This document shows, one piece after another, positions 1 through 10,399 of a stretch of 64,000 bases of DNA. Origin of the DNA: an uncultured Candidatus Saccharibacteria bacterium. GTDB lineage: Bacteria > Patescibacteriota > UBA1384 > XYA2-FULL-43-10 > 1-14-0-10-43-13. The notes beneath the pieces are model-generated. The model worked only from the letters and a program-made list of their open reading frames with translations, did not search any database and was not told where the DNA came from. Within the stretch, counting starts at the first letter, position 1; every line of letters starts with the position of its first letter. The position numbers and the translations under genes are program-made. Location: contig CAZIYE010000001.1 in assembly GCA_964543385.1 (NCBI GenBank), forward strand, positions 422,755 to 486,754, read 5' to 3'.

Positions 1-2
1 AG

Positions 3-281
3 TACGTCACCCCCGACGAACTCAAAGCCATGCTCAAATTCTCCGGTGAGATGGAGTTCACAACCTTCGTCTCAATCTTCCGCCTGGAGCTCATGGATGA
101 CGAGCACTGGCAGACGATTAGGGAGTACACTGGCGCGAATAAACGCCAGAACAAAGCACGAGACCGGCTGGATAGCCGGTCTCGTTTCTATTATGTATCA
201 ATTTTGTCATTGCGTCTGTCGCGGTTGTCATTCCAGCTTGTAAGCTTGAGAGCTGGAATCCAGGAGTTTGTTTACTTATAA
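3..281 (+). CDS. 3' fragment of a GC-rich ORF entering from upstream of the window (unknown product)
   Basis: Open frame from position 3 to the stop at 281 (ORF track 30..281 is its ATG-truncated tail). Local GC is clearly higher than the genome background. A perfect 10-bp hairpin at 159-184 lies inside it, so the true stop may be earlier. Confidence 0.25.
   Translation, partial: YVTPDELKAMLKFSGEMEFTTFVSIFRLELMDDEHWQTIREYTGANKRQNKARDRLDSRSRFYYVSILSLRLSRLSFQLVSLRAGIQEFVYL
159..192 (+). terminator. Rho-independent terminator candidate (CGAGACCGGC-tggata-GCCGGTCTCG followed by TTTCTATT)
   Basis: Perfect 10-bp inverted repeat followed by a T-rich tract, read directly. Confidence 0.55.
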
Positions 282-362
282 ATAGCCTGGATACCCGGGT
301 CATGGCGTTGCCTGTCCAAGTATGACAAAAAAGTGTTTTCTACGTTCTGCTTACTAGTTTGC

Positions 363-1154
363 TTATTTTATCCCAAAGAATTTCATCGCCTTTTTAGTCG
401 TCTCCTGCTCCACCTCAGCCAGAGAAATACCCTTTATCTCAGCAATTTTTTTTGCGGTCTCTGTCACGTAAGATGGCTCATTTCTCTTGCCGCGATATGG
501 CTCTGGAGCAATATATGGACAATCGGTCTCAATCATCATAGAACCTAGAGGGATTTTCTTTACTGCCTTGAGTGTATCAGGAGTTGCATTTTTAAATGTA
601 ATCGTACCGGTAAATGAAATTGCAAAACCAAGATCGAGAATTTTTTCTGCAAAATCCCAATCTCCCGAGAAACAATGCATCACTGCCCTGAGCTGACCAT
701 GATAAGATTTCAATATTCCAAGTATGTCGGCATCTGCTTCTCTGCTATGAATAATAGCTGGCAATCCCGTCTCCAGCGCCAAATCAAGCATCTGTTCAAA
801 ACAAAAAATCTGTTCATCACGAGTAGGATAGTCTGCATATTTGCTTGACCTCTTCAAAAAATAATAATCAAGTCCTATCTCTCCTACTGCTACCACCTTT
901 TCGTGATTAGAAAAAGTAATCATTTTCCCCTTTGATTCAATATCGAGATCTTTTGCACAGTGAGGATGAAAACCAACTGTCGCATAAACTTCAGGATATT
1001 TTCTCGCCAGGTCCAGAGACTGCTTCGAGCTATCTAGATCAACCCCCACATTAATGATTCTTTCTACTCTTGCTTCTTTGGCACGACCAAGAACCGCAGG
1101 CACTTCTGTCTTGAATTCTGGGAAGTTTAAATGAGCATGGGTATCTATAAACAT
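363..1154 (-). CDS. tatD: TatD-family metal-dependent hydrolase (DNase)
   Basis: MFIDTHAHLNFPEF N-terminus plus HxH and later His/Glu/Asp metal-ligand pattern typical of TatD; 263 aa. Confidence 0.85.
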   Translation of the reverse strand: MFIDTHAHLNFPEFKTEVPAVLGRAKEARVERIINVGVDLDSSKQSLDLARKYPEVYATVGFHPHCAKDLDIESKGKMITFSNHEKVVAVGEIGLDYYFLKRSSKYADYPTRDEQIFCFEQMLDLALETGLPAIIHSREADADILGILKSYHGQLRAVMHCFSGDWDFAEKILDLGFAISFTGTITFKNATPDTLKAVKKIPLGSMMIETDCPYIAPEPYRGKRNEPSYVTETAKKIAEIKGISLAEVEQETTKKAMKFFGIK

Positions 1155-1164
1155 AAATAAATCC

Positions 1165-2007
1165 TTATTTCATCAGGGTAGAATAGATTATACACAAAAC
1201 AACGACTGCAGCACAAACAATATCTCTTTTAAAATTCCTGTGCTCGTTGAAATAAAAATATGAGGCCAAATAAGTAATGATCGGGGTTAACAATAATATC
1301 ATAGTTGTCAGAACAACGCCGATCTGCTGAAAAGCATAGTATTTTAGAATCATTACTCCAGTTCCAAACATAGCAGATATTACGAGACTACGAACTATCG
1401 GCTTTATTAATAATAGTTTCATATCTGGTTTATAAATAGTAAAAAAGACAATCGCCAAAATCAAAACCCTTATAAAATAAAGAAGTGGGGGCGAATAAAA
1501 ATTTAATAGTTGTCGAAGTGCAACCGACTCAATGGCAATTAATACAACAGCCAATAATGTTCTTTTGGCACTTTTACTGACCTGAAAATGGTGTTTCTTA
1601 ATTCGAGAGAGGAACAACGCCAAACTGGAAGCTATTCCTGCTATAAAAATATGAAAATTACGCTCTACTGGCAAAAACACAGCCGCTAACAACACAGTGG
1701 CAAGTGGTACCATTAATATAATTGTCTCATATTCATGCAATGGCTCAGTCTGCAAACTCTTGGCAAGTAGAATATTCCAAAGAGCAGCACATGCAACCAT
1801 TATCAGGAATAAAATAATATATTTGAAAGAAAAAGCCTGATGATCCAGATGATAATTGACTGGAATCAAAAAAAGCGAAAGAATCGTCAATATAGAGAAA
1901 ATAAAGGGAAGGTAGTCCTTCACCGGTAATTTCAATCTAGCCAAAAGGTATTTATTTGAAATATCCCCACCAGAACCGCTGATAGCTGCTAATATAGCCT
2001 GTAGCAC
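1165..2007 (-). CDS. Polytopic integral membrane protein (about 8-10 TM; DMT/EamA-like, unassigned)
   Basis: 280 aa, almost entirely hydrophobic helices, 10-bp gap to tatD. Confidence 0.5.
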   Translation of the reverse strand: MLQAILAAISGSGGDISNKYLLARLKLPVKDYLPFIFSILTILSLFLIPVNYHLDHQAFSFKYIILFLIMVACAALWNILLAKSLQTEPLHEYETIILMVPLATVLLAAVFLPVERNFHIFIAGIASSLALFLSRIKKHHFQVSKSAKRTLLAVVLIAIESVALRQLLNFYSPPLLYFIRVLILAIVFFTIYKPDMKLLLIKPIVRSLVISAMFGTGVMILKYYAFQQIGVVLTTMILLLTPIITYLASYFYFNEHRNFKRDIVCAAVVVLCIIYSTLMK

Positions 2008-2112
2008 TGTCCCTCCCGAACTTTATTGAGTAATATAAATCTTAAATTTCTAAGTTGACAATAATTCTTTCCTGTTGTGATTCGTATTATTTGTCTAATT
2101 CGTCATCCGTTG

Positions 2113-3519
2113 TTATTTGTCTAATCTTGGAAAAAGAGGCTCTGGTTCTAAAGTCTCAAGTTGCTTTTTCATCTTTTGCGCGGTCTCAGGCATAAACGGA
2201 TCAATCATATCCGAAATAATCGCCAACTTTAAATAAGCATTCGTGAGGACTTCTGCTAGCTCTTCCGCTTTGTTCTCTTTCGCCAAAATCCAAGGCTGTT
2301 TATCTGCAATATATTTATTTGTCGAGATCGCTAAATCGTCAATCTTTTTAATTGCTCCCATAAAATCCAGCGATCCGATTTCTTTATCTAGGTTCATCGT
2401 CTCGTCTTTTATGGCCGAATTTTGGCTTTTAACCTCTACTTCATACTTATTGATCATAGAGATGGTTCTTTGAACAAGATTGCCGACGTTATTGGCTAGA
2501 TTAGAATACTGACTAGCAATTTTCTCCTCGGAGATGTCGCCATCTTCGCCAAATGGGAATTCTCGAAGCAATGCGTACCGCACTGCATCAACACCAAATT
2601 TATCCACTAAATCATTAGGGTTTAAAACGTTACCAATAGTTTTGCTCATCTTTTGATTACCAACCGTGAAGAAGCCATGGGCAAATACATTCTTTGGCAG
2701 TGCTAAACCAAGAGCCATAAGCATAGCCGGCCAAATCACTGCATGAAACCACAAGATATCCTTAGCCATGAGGTGCAAATTTGCTGGCCAGAATTCATCT
2801 TTCTTATACAACTTCGTTGCAGTATAGTAGTTCAACAATGCATCAATCCAGACATAGATAGTTTGGCTATCGTCTTCTGGGAACTTAACTCCCCACTCTA
2901 CTGCTGCTCTAGAAATAGAAATGTCCTCGAGTCCAAGCTTTATTTTACCGACTATCTCATTCTTTCTTGACTCGGGACCAATCTCAAATTCGCCAGACTC
3001 AATCTTCTCCAAAATCTTCTCACCAAATTGCGACAGTTTAAAAAAGTAGTTCTCCTCCGTCTGTCGCACTGGTTCTTTTAGGTGGTCTGGACATTTGCCG
3101 TCTACTAATTCGGACTCTTTCAAAAACTTTTCACAGCCAACACAATAAAGGCCTTCATAGCTTCTTTTCTCTACAAAACCCTTGTCTTTTAGATTTTGGA
3201 CAAATTCCTGTACCTGTTTCTCATGATCAGGGTTAGTCGTTCTAAAGAACTCATCGTAAGATATATTGAGATTTTTCCAGGCTTCTTTGAACTTAGGCTC
3301 AAGCTCATCTACGAAATCTTGCGGTGATTTTCCGGCCTTCGTCGCAGCTTCAGCAATCTTTGCTCCATGCTCGTCTGTACCGGTTAGAAAAAAAACCTCA
3401 TCACCTTTCTTGCGATGATAACGTGCGAGAACATCTGCTGCCACCGTCGTATAAGCGTGCCCAATATGCGGAACATCATTTATATAATAGATCGGGGTTG
3501 TAATATAATATTTACTCAT
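2113..3519 (-). CDS. metG: Methionyl-tRNA synthetase (short form, no C-terminal tRNA-binding domain)
   Basis: HIGH motif (PIYYINDVPHIGHAYT), KMSKS (QKMSKTIGN), class I MetRS architecture; 468 aa. Confidence 0.9.
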   Translation of the reverse strand: MSKYYITTPIYYINDVPHIGHAYTTVAADVLARYHRKKGDEVFFLTGTDEHGAKIAEAATKAGKSPQDFVDELEPKFKEAWKNLNISYDEFFRTTNPDHEKQVQEFVQNLKDKGFVEKRSYEGLYCVGCEKFLKESELVDGKCPDHLKEPVRQTEENYFFKLSQFGEKILEKIESGEFEIGPESRKNEIVGKIKLGLEDISISRAAVEWGVKFPEDDSQTIYVWIDALLNYYTATKLYKKDEFWPANLHLMAKDILWFHAVIWPAMLMALGLALPKNVFAHGFFTVGNQKMSKTIGNVLNPNDLVDKFGVDAVRYALLREFPFGEDGDISEEKIASQYSNLANNVGNLVQRTISMINKYEVEVKSQNSAIKDETMNLDKEIGSLDFMGAIKKIDDLAISTNKYIADKQPWILAKENKAEELAEVLTNAYLKLAIISDMIDPFMPETAQKMKKQLETLEPEPLFPRLDK

Positions 3520-3686
3520 AGATTGATCTTACCAGATTATATATAAGCTTCCAAGATGATAAAAGTAGAAGACAGAATAAGATTGATTTAATTGAGAGAA
3601 AAGCTGCAATTTATTTGACTTTTATAACATTTTATTGTATATTATACATATCATCTCCCACATGGGAGTGCAAGGAGGTAGCTCCC

Positions 3687-4094
3687 ATGAGAGCTACGAC
3701 AATACTACTGGCCGCTTTAATCGCCCTTGTCACAATCTCCGGCTGCGGGATGGTAGAAGATCGCGTCAGGATCAACCCGACAGTCAAATCAGTGTCCATG
3801 GACTTCGGGAAGGAGGTGTTGCATATTAAGGTAGCTCCCTATGATTCCAACATCTACATACTGGGTACCGCCGTGGACTTACCGGACGGAACAACTAGCG
3901 CCGTCTCGCTCAACGTCAGCTATTGGAGCGGCTCCGCCCACCAATACAACTATGGCGATGCAGCATTCACCTTCTCGCCAGTGGATTTTAAAGCGGTATA
4001 CCGCTTTAAAATCCGAGTCGAGGGGCCCTCAATCGTCGCTGACGCTATTGAGGAAACATGGGAATATCAAGGGGGGCAGTGTATCAAGCTCTGA
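3687..4094 (+). CDS. Small secreted lipoprotein, GC-rich, unknown function
   Basis: AAGGAGGT RBS 8 nt upstream of ATG 3687. Signal peptide MRATTILLAALIALVTISGC with a lipobox Cys. GC about 50% versus about 37% background. The longer ORF-track start at 3615 lacks an RBS. Confidence 0.55.
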   Translation: MRATTILLAALIALVTISGCGMVEDRVRINPTVKSVSMDFGKEVLHIKVAPYDSNIYILGTAVDLPDGTTSAVSLNVSYWSGSAHQYNYGDAAFTFSPVDFKAVYRFKIRVEGPSIVADAIEETWEYQGGQCIKL

Positions 4095-4101
4095 ACGCCT
4101 T

Positions 4102-4140
4102 CGAGGCGGCCAACCGGCCGCCTCGATTGCATTTTATTGG
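4102..4140 (+). terminator. Intrinsic terminator hairpin (CGAGGCGGCC-aacc-GGCCGCCTCG) between convergent genes
   Basis: Perfect 10-bp GC stem with 4-nt loop, then a weak T-tract (ATTGCATTTTATT). Confidence 0.6.
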
Positions 4141-4153
4141 CTTTGTATCTTCT

Positions 4154-7100
4154 CTACCAAGACCAAGAGAATATAGTTATACTCCAACTCGTACCTAATC
4201 GTAGATTACCCTTTTGCGTATTAAAATAATCCGTTACCACACCAGTCAGAATATTGTCCCTGAAAAAACCCCAGACACCGTCAAGAATTGGCGAAAGAAT
4301 ATGATTGAGAAAATACTGGGTTCGATCACCTTTGCCCATCACCATAATATTCCAGAAATCATTAATAGTACTAATTTGGTTTTTGACCCAAGCCATTGCA
4401 TCATCTCCAACAGCGTTAACAAAGGCACCGAAACTAACAATTAGCTTAAAATTAACTTTAATCTCTTTATCACTAGTCAAATTTCTACATATCATTTTAC
4501 CTTCTTTTGTCGATTTTATATCTGTCGTTGGCCGCCCGCTGTCATCAAAATAACGTGGGGCTTCACAATCTGGCGCTGCCATGCTTTGAATTAGGAAGTT
4601 TCTGGATGCTTTTGCCACTATTTCCTTATTACTACCATAATCTAGCGTTACTACCCCGTTAGGATCAGTCGTTCCAAAAGGATTTCTCTTCGCAAGAGCT
4701 AATTGATTATTCTTATAGGTTTCGAGTCTGTCCGGTATAAAAGTTACCATTAGATTATTATAAAAATTATCGAGAGAACCAATCGCAGCCGCCGTATCAA
4801 TCTGAGCTGACGACAAAGTCAAACCGCGCGAGACAAGAGTCTGATTAAATTTTGGTATTATATCAAAATTAAATAACGAAGTAAGTTTATCTGTAATACT
4901 TGTGACTTTCCTCACAGTGCATTGAGGTGATCTTGGATTCTCTTGGCAAGCAATATTTACACACTGAGCCACCCCAACCTTGTCACCCAAAACTGCCTTA
5001 TTTATAATATCCGTATTTGAACATGGAGAAATACCAATAATTTGTCTGCTGACCAGCCCCCCTCTTCTGTCATTAATCGTAACTTCACGACTACCATTAG
5101 GCAAAACAGTCACAGTTGTGGTAGTACCATCTGAATTTGCGATAATTCTCATAGCTCCTGGTCGGTCCGGTACTGTATTGCCAAATAACCCAGCGCCAAG
5201 TCTTGTTAGGATGCTAGTCGCATTGCTCTCGAGTTCAGTAATCCCTTCAATTGTTTGCCTACCAAGCTTATAGGCGTTAGTAAGATTGACCTGGTCACGC
5301 CATAGCGACTTCACGTCGTTGATTTTAGAATCAACCCAGCCAAGAACACCCCCTCGTGTTTTTGCTTTGATTTGCTCAATTTGCGAAGCAGTATCGGCAT
5401 CCGTAATTACAGAATTAAGATCTTTCTGTACATTTAACCTGATTTGTTTGGGTCTGAAAGTCGCAGTAACTGTTTTATCAGAAGTGACGTTACTAACAGT
5501 ACATTGATAACCATCTGTCGATATATCCGTGCAACCGTTCCAAACAACTATGGAATTGTTTTCTGGCATAGTTGAAATGATTGCAGAATCGCCGTAATTC
5601 ACCACCTGAGTCAGCGGATTTACGCCATTTATAGAACCCAGATCAGTTCTTGAGACAGGATCATTCACTGAGCTCACAATCACCGTGAAGATCCTTTTGC
5701 GGACTTTGACTACGACATCATGATTTGCATCGATATTTGTAATACTGCAGGTTGATGCAGTAGGAGTGGTCGGCATACAGCCGGTCCAGCTAACGATTTC
5801 ACTACCTGCATCGATCAGTATCACCATAAAATTGACGTTACCGCCAGGGGCGATTTGCTGATTGGACGGGTTGATAGAAGCGCGGGCATTTGAAGCAGGA
5901 TCGATCATACCAGTGACTGTGTGCATCGTTGCAAAGGCAGCGTCAATTGTATGATCAGCAATAATAGATGTGAAAGCATAAGAGCCGGAACTGACAGCGG
6001 CATTATTAGTAGCACCGTCGATGCGAACATCCCTGATATTATATCCGAGAGCAGCAGTTACCAAATAAGATTGAGAATCACCATAATTTACCGTCTTTAC
6101 ACCAGCGGGTGTGATCAAGCCGTTTACTCCTGCTGTTGATTTGATAGTAAAAGTCTTGAGTTTAAAGGTGGCGATGACTGTCCTATTGGAGATGATATTG
6201 TCAAGTTTACAAAGGTCAGACTCAATACTATCGCAACCGGACCAATCAGTATTGGGATTAAATTCAACGGATGAAATAGCCGCAGTAGCTTTTATTAGTA
6301 AAATATCACCCATATTAACTACTGTGTAGGGAATTGTTTTGTCAAAAGTTCCGTCACCATTGCCTGCCTTATTGATACTAATAGTATATGTGTTAATAGC
6401 AAAACTAACATAAATACTATGATCGCCCGATATATTAGAGAATGTATAACTTGAAACTAAATCCACGGGATTTGCATCAACAACTAATGTTTCTATATGA
6501 TAATTAACTGCCGGAGTGAAGGTATAAGTTTTAGATTGTCCGTAGCTCACATAAGTTATGCCTGGTGATGAAATCGCCCCGTTAGAACCGAGAACTGCAT
6601 TAATCGAATATGTCCTAATAATAAAAGTAACTGCAATTGTGTGATTAGAATCAACATTGTCAAACCAGTAGGAGCTATCAGCAACAGCCGTAGGGTTGTT
6701 CACTCCGTCAACCAACACCTGATATATAAGATAACCATTATTAGGGGTAAATGTGTATAATTTAGAATAATCATATCCTACCATCGTAACACCTGGAGTC
6801 AAAATTGAACCGTTTTGACCTGCTGTAGCTGTAATAGCATAAGTATCGCGAGTATAGACTACCGAGACCGTGTGATTAGCGGAAATATCAGAGAAAGTAT
6901 AAAAGCCTGCAGCTATCGCTCCGCTATTTGATACTCCGTCCACTAAGACTTCACCTATATGATAGTGATTCTCCGACGTGAAAGTATAAGTCTTAGAGGA
7001 ATCCCAATTTACAACAGTAGCTCCTGGTGAAGTGATTGAGCCGTTCGAACCTGTTGTGGCAGTAATGGTGTAGGTATTAATGTCAAAAGTAGCCGAGATA

Positions 7101-8797
7101 GTGTGATTAGCAGTTACATTGGTAAAGTTATATGAACTTACAGCACCGACAGATGAACCGTTTACTCGAACATCAGAGATATGATAGCCGTCATTCGATG
7201 TGACGGTGTAAGATTGAGAACCATTTGTAGCTACACTGGTCGTTCCAGGAGGCGAGATTGTACCATTAGCGCCAGAAGAAGCTGTGATAGAATAATCACC
7301 CGCAGTAGTTACCACAAAGGGATAATTTGTCGTGCCTCCATTTGTAGTTATAATACAGGATCCAGCACCTATTGCTGCGCCAACTGGCACAGTAAGTATA
7401 ATAGACGTATTTGTCCATGTAGTAGGAGAACCTGCTACGGCTCCTATGGATATGGTTGAATTTCCTTGATTCAAGCCAAAATCAGTACCAGTAATCACGA
7501 CAATGTCACCAACATCTCCATTCGACGGATCTATTGATGTAATCGCGGGGACATTAGGCGTATTATAATGAACCGTCATAGCATCAAATATGGGAGTGAC
7601 TGTGGTATCTTCTGTAATAAGAATTATCTTTATCTGAGCATAACGTCCAGTTGGGACAATATGGTTTATGCCAATTACAAAAGTACTGGCTTGGTGGTTG
7701 GCATCTTCGCTCCACTCAGCAGCAGATAAACCGGCTTCAGTATCAGCTGCCCTTAGCCGGACTTCGAAATCAGTATTGGTGGGGACTGTCACAGTCCAGT
7801 CAGCATAATTCCAGTATGTACCGCTAAGACCTGAATCATAAGTAGTAATGGCAGTACCTACAGAAGAGAAAGCCGGGAAGGTGCCAGCTGTATTAACCCC
7901 ACTTAAGATATCATTATAAAGAGCAGAATTACCCGATACATCACTTGGATAGAAGCCCATGCCCCCCTGCATTACAGCAGCATTGATGGTGTGGTCAGAT
8001 ATAGAAGAAGCTGCTAATTGCAAAACAGCCGAAGTAATTGGCCCCGAAAGAATAGATGGATCTATAATGATAAAAGCTCTCTCGCCTTTTCCACCATAGT
8101 TTCCAATGTATCCAACCGTAGTCATCCCTCCTCGTGTCCCATCAGAGTAAACGTTGAATAAGTCAGACGTCACGCTTGGCAATGTAATTGTACCATTATC
8201 AGTAATAATCCTAATCGAACTATCGCGAGCCCCGTCAGTGCCAATCCAACTCTCCTCATCAGCATTTTCAGCCGAATCTTTAAAACCAATAATGACCAAC
8301 TCTTCATTTTCTTTAGCATAATTCATCCGCTGAATAAAGGCACAACTTAGAGTAATATCTTTAGAACCACCATCAGCGGTGAAATCAGCTGCTGCTAGTG
8401 AAGGCTCAGTAATATTTCCTACAGCGGTTGGACAACCACCATCAAGCTGAAAAAATCCCTGGGTTAATGGAGTGCCATTATCGACACCGCTTAGATCAAA
8501 ATTCGATAAATCAATAGTATCGTCCCAAGTTTTAGTCAGGGAGGCAGCCTTTAAATGCTGTTGCGGATTTGATATCAAGACAGCGGTAAATAATGAAAAA
8601 ACGACTAAACTGAAAAATAAAAACACCCAATGACTAGTCCTAGCAATTGGATTGATATGCCATCTATAATACCAGCGGAAATGCATCCTCAAAAAATTAT
8701 GCAGCTTTGATGCCCAAGGCATCAAAGCTTTAGTACTTCGCTGAATACGAATTAACTTTTTATCTAACTCTTGGATATTAATTTGAGATGATGTCAT
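4154..8797 (-). CDS. Giant surface protein: N-terminal TM anchor, IPT/TIG domain, at least 6 tandem Ig-like (InlB-B-repeat-like) domains, about 550-aa Cys-containing C-terminal domain
   Basis: 1547 aa. A single hydrophobic helix (WVFLFFSLVVFSLFTAVLI) near the N-terminus. IPT/TIG-like segment (PAITSIDPSNGDVGDIVVITGTDFG...). About 78-aa repeats with the pattern G.NG.I..PG......Y.....YTFT...GY.I..V.VDG.......Y.F.NV..NHTI...F repeated at least 6 times. Confidence 0.8.
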   Translation of the reverse strand: MTSSQINIQELDKKLIRIQRSTKALMPWASKLHNFLRMHFRWYYRWHINPIARTSHWVFLFFSLVVFSLFTAVLISNPQQHLKAASLTKTWDDTIDLSNFDLSGVDNGTPLTQGFFQLDGGCPTAVGNITEPSLAAADFTADGGSKDITLSCAFIQRMNYAKENEELVIIGFKDSAENADEESWIGTDGARDSSIRIITDNGTITLPSVTSDLFNVYSDGTRGGMTTVGYIGNYGGKGERAFIIIDPSILSGPITSAVLQLAASSISDHTINAAVMQGGMGFYPSDVSGNSALYNDILSGVNTAGTFPAFSSVGTAITTYDSGLSGTYWNYADWTVTVPTNTDFEVRLRAADTEAGLSAAEWSEDANHQASTFVIGINHIVPTGRYAQIKIILITEDTTVTPIFDAMTVHYNTPNVPAITSIDPSNGDVGDIVVITGTDFGLNQGNSTISIGAVAGSPTTWTNTSIILTVPVGAAIGAGSCIITTNGGTTNYPFVVTTAGDYSITASSGANGTISPPGTTSVATNGSQSYTVTSNDGYHISDVRVNGSSVGAVSSYNFTNVTANHTISATFDINTYTITATTGSNGSITSPGATVVNWDSSKTYTFTSENHYHIGEVLVDGVSNSGAIAAGFYTFSDISANHTVSVVYTRDTYAITATAGQNGSILTPGVTMVGYDYSKLYTFTPNNGYLIYQVLVDGVNNPTAVADSSYWFDNVDSNHTIAVTFIIRTYSINAVLGSNGAISSPGITYVSYGQSKTYTFTPAVNYHIETLVVDANPVDLVSSYTFSNISGDHSIYVSFAINTYTISINKAGNGDGTFDKTIPYTVVNMGDILLIKATAAISSVEFNPNTDWSGCDSIESDLCKLDNIISNRTVIATFKLKTFTIKSTAGVNGLITPAGVKTVNYGDSQSYLVTAALGYNIRDVRIDGATNNAAVSSGSYAFTSIIADHTIDAAFATMHTVTGMIDPASNARASINPSNQQIAPGGNVNFMVILIDAGSEIVSWTGCMPTTPTASTCSITNIDANHDVVVKVRKRIFTVIVSSVNDPVSRTDLGSINGVNPLTQVVNYGDSAIISTMPENNSIVVWNGCTDISTDGYQCTVSNVTSDKTVTATFRPKQIRLNVQKDLNSVITDADTASQIEQIKAKTRGGVLGWVDSKINDVKSLWRDQVNLTNAYKLGRQTIEGITELESNATSILTRLGAGLFGNTVPDRPGAMRIIANSDGTTTTVTVLPNGSREVTINDRRGGLVSRQIIGISPCSNTDIINKAVLGDKVGVAQCVNIACQENPRSPQCTVRKVTSITDKLTSLFNFDIIPKFNQTLVSRGLTLSSAQIDTAAAIGSLDNFYNNLMVTFIPDRLETYKNNQLALAKRNPFGTTDPNGVVTLDYGSNKEIVAKASRNFLIQSMAAPDCEAPRYFDDSGRPTTDIKSTKEGKMICRNLTSDKEIKVNFKLIVSFGAFVNAVGDDAMAWVKNQISTINDFWNIMVMGKGDRTQYFLNHILSPILDGVWGFFRDNILTGVVTDYFNTQKGNLRLGTSWSITIFSWSW
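5900..7200 (-). repeat. Degenerate tandem coding repeats (about 234-bp unit) encoding the Ig-like repeat array of the giant protein
   Basis: Periodicity seen at protein level (ISPPG/ITSPG/ILTPG/ISSPG ... NHTI..TF). Boundaries approximate. Confidence 0.55.
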
Positions 8798-8808
8798 ATT
8801 TTTCCAAA

Positions 8809-9528
8809 CTAAATTGGATTAATAATAAAACTCCAAAAACCCCTTCCTTTGGTTTCTTGTTCTATTTTGGTCTGACCCCGTAAAGAATCATAGATATAAG
8901 ATATGAATATTAATAACATCGGGAAGATAACAACCATAAACATTCCCATAAATAATTTACCAAATATCATTGAGACAATAGAGACAATCAGAAGAGAAAG
9001 AAACACCGTCCAAAATGCTCCCTTACCAATCTTGCGACTGTTTTTTATCGCCTCAATCGCTTTATCACCATCTGCCACTGCGAAGATATAAAATGCATAA
9101 TGTATTCCCCAGACGATTCCAATTAGGTCAAAAATAACAGTCGCAAAAGGAATAATGAATTTCAGAAGATTACCGACAATCGGTCCCGCTGCCAGAAGTG
9201 CGGAGACCGCTAATGAAGCCATTATGAGGTTCCACATGTTTTTCTTCAATGAATATATTTCTTTCAGACTTGTTTTCTTACTCCTGACAACATCCAATGA
9301 TATCCTGAGACAAACGAGCAGTGCAATAGAATTAATAATTGCAACAGAGATATATATAATAAATTGATATAAAAGACCAACATAGGTTGCACTGGCAATA
9401 ATTTCGTAAATCATAATGTTGAAGATAGCGGCCAAAGACACAACCATCAAAAATATCGGCCATATCTTCCACACAAACCGTAATGAAAAGATAAAGGCAT
9501 TTTTTATAGAAACCTTCTTCTCGGACAT
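8809..9528 (-). CDS. Polytopic membrane protein (about 6 TM), unknown; probably co-transcribed upstream of the giant surface protein
   Basis: 239 aa, multiple hydrophobic helices, 11-bp gap to the next gene on the same strand. Confidence 0.55.
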   Translation of the reverse strand: MSEKKVSIKNAFIFSLRFVWKIWPIFLMVVSLAAIFNIMIYEIIASATYVGLLYQFIIYISVAIINSIALLVCLRISLDVVRSKKTSLKEIYSLKKNMWNLIMASLAVSALLAAGPIVGNLLKFIIPFATVIFDLIGIVWGIHYAFYIFAVADGDKAIEAIKNSRKIGKGAFWTVFLSLLIVSIVSMIFGKLFMGMFMVVIFPMLLIFISYIYDSLRGQTKIEQETKGRGFWSFIINPI

Positions 9529-9594
9529 TTCCCCTCCAAAAGAACTAAAAAAATACTAATGCTAATATAGCCTATTTATGTAGTTATAGTCAAT

Positions 9595-10290
9595 TCAAGA
9601 AATAACCCTTTTTACTATCAATACCAATTCACCTTTTAATTGATGACTTTTCAGGCCAGAAATGACATCGATAACACTTCCACCCCAATACTCCTCAAAC
9701 ATCTTTGTGATTTCACGAGCAATAAATACCTTGGTATCGTCACCTAGATAGGCCTTAATATCACCCAGAGTCCTCTCTATACGCATTGCAGATTCGTAGA
9801 TGACAATTGGACAGTCCAAAGATTTCAATTGTTTAAATTTAGTTTGACGGCCCTTCTTCTTTGGTAAAAATCCGGCAAAAAAGAATTCCTTCTCTATTAG
9901 CCCCGACACACTTGCGGCTGCTGCCAAGGCAGAGGGACCAGGAACAGGAATCACCAATATATCACTTTCAACGTTCTTTATTCTAGCTATTAGTTCCTGC
10001 CCAGGATCAGAGATTCCCGGCGTACCTGCATCAGTCACTAAAGCAATATTCTTGCCACTTTTCAATTCATCTATAATATATTCAATTTTCGATAATTTTG
10101 AGTGCTGGAAATAAGATACAAGTGGCTTCTTAATCTCAAAATGCTTCAACATTTGCCCTGTCACACGTGTATCTTCGCAAGCAATTAAATCTGCCTCTTT
10201 CAAAACACGAATAGCTCGAAGAGTGATATCTTCGAGATTGCCAATCGGGGTTGCGACAATATACAAAATTCCTTTATTTGTCTTATTCAT
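9595..10290 (-). CDS. rsmI: 16S rRNA (cytidine1402-2'-O)-methyltransferase
   Basis: GILYIVATPIGNLEDITLRAIRVLKEADLIACEDTR is a canonical RsmI/tetrapyrrole-methylase-fold N-terminus; 231 aa. Confidence 0.85.
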   Translation of the reverse strand: MNKTNKGILYIVATPIGNLEDITLRAIRVLKEADLIACEDTRVTGQMLKHFEIKKPLVSYFQHSKLSKIEYIIDELKSGKNIALVTDAGTPGISDPGQELIARIKNVESDILVIPVPGPSALAAAASVSGLIEKEFFFAGFLPKKKGRQTKFKQLKSLDCPIVIYESAMRIERTLGDIKAYLGDDTKVFIAREITKMFEEYWGGSVIDVISGLKSHQLKGELVLIVKRVIS

Positions 10291-10399
10291 AGCCTATTAT
10301 TAATTACTATCGATCACCACTTTATTCTTTATATACGATACTCTACCATATTTTGCCTCATATTGGTATAACATCAGTATCTGGCATGGAGGTACATCC

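Noticed and set aside
4214-7459. Numerous 60-100-aa + strand ORFs within the giant surface-protein gene
   Set aside because: They are antisense to a 1547-codon continuous frame with clear domain content.
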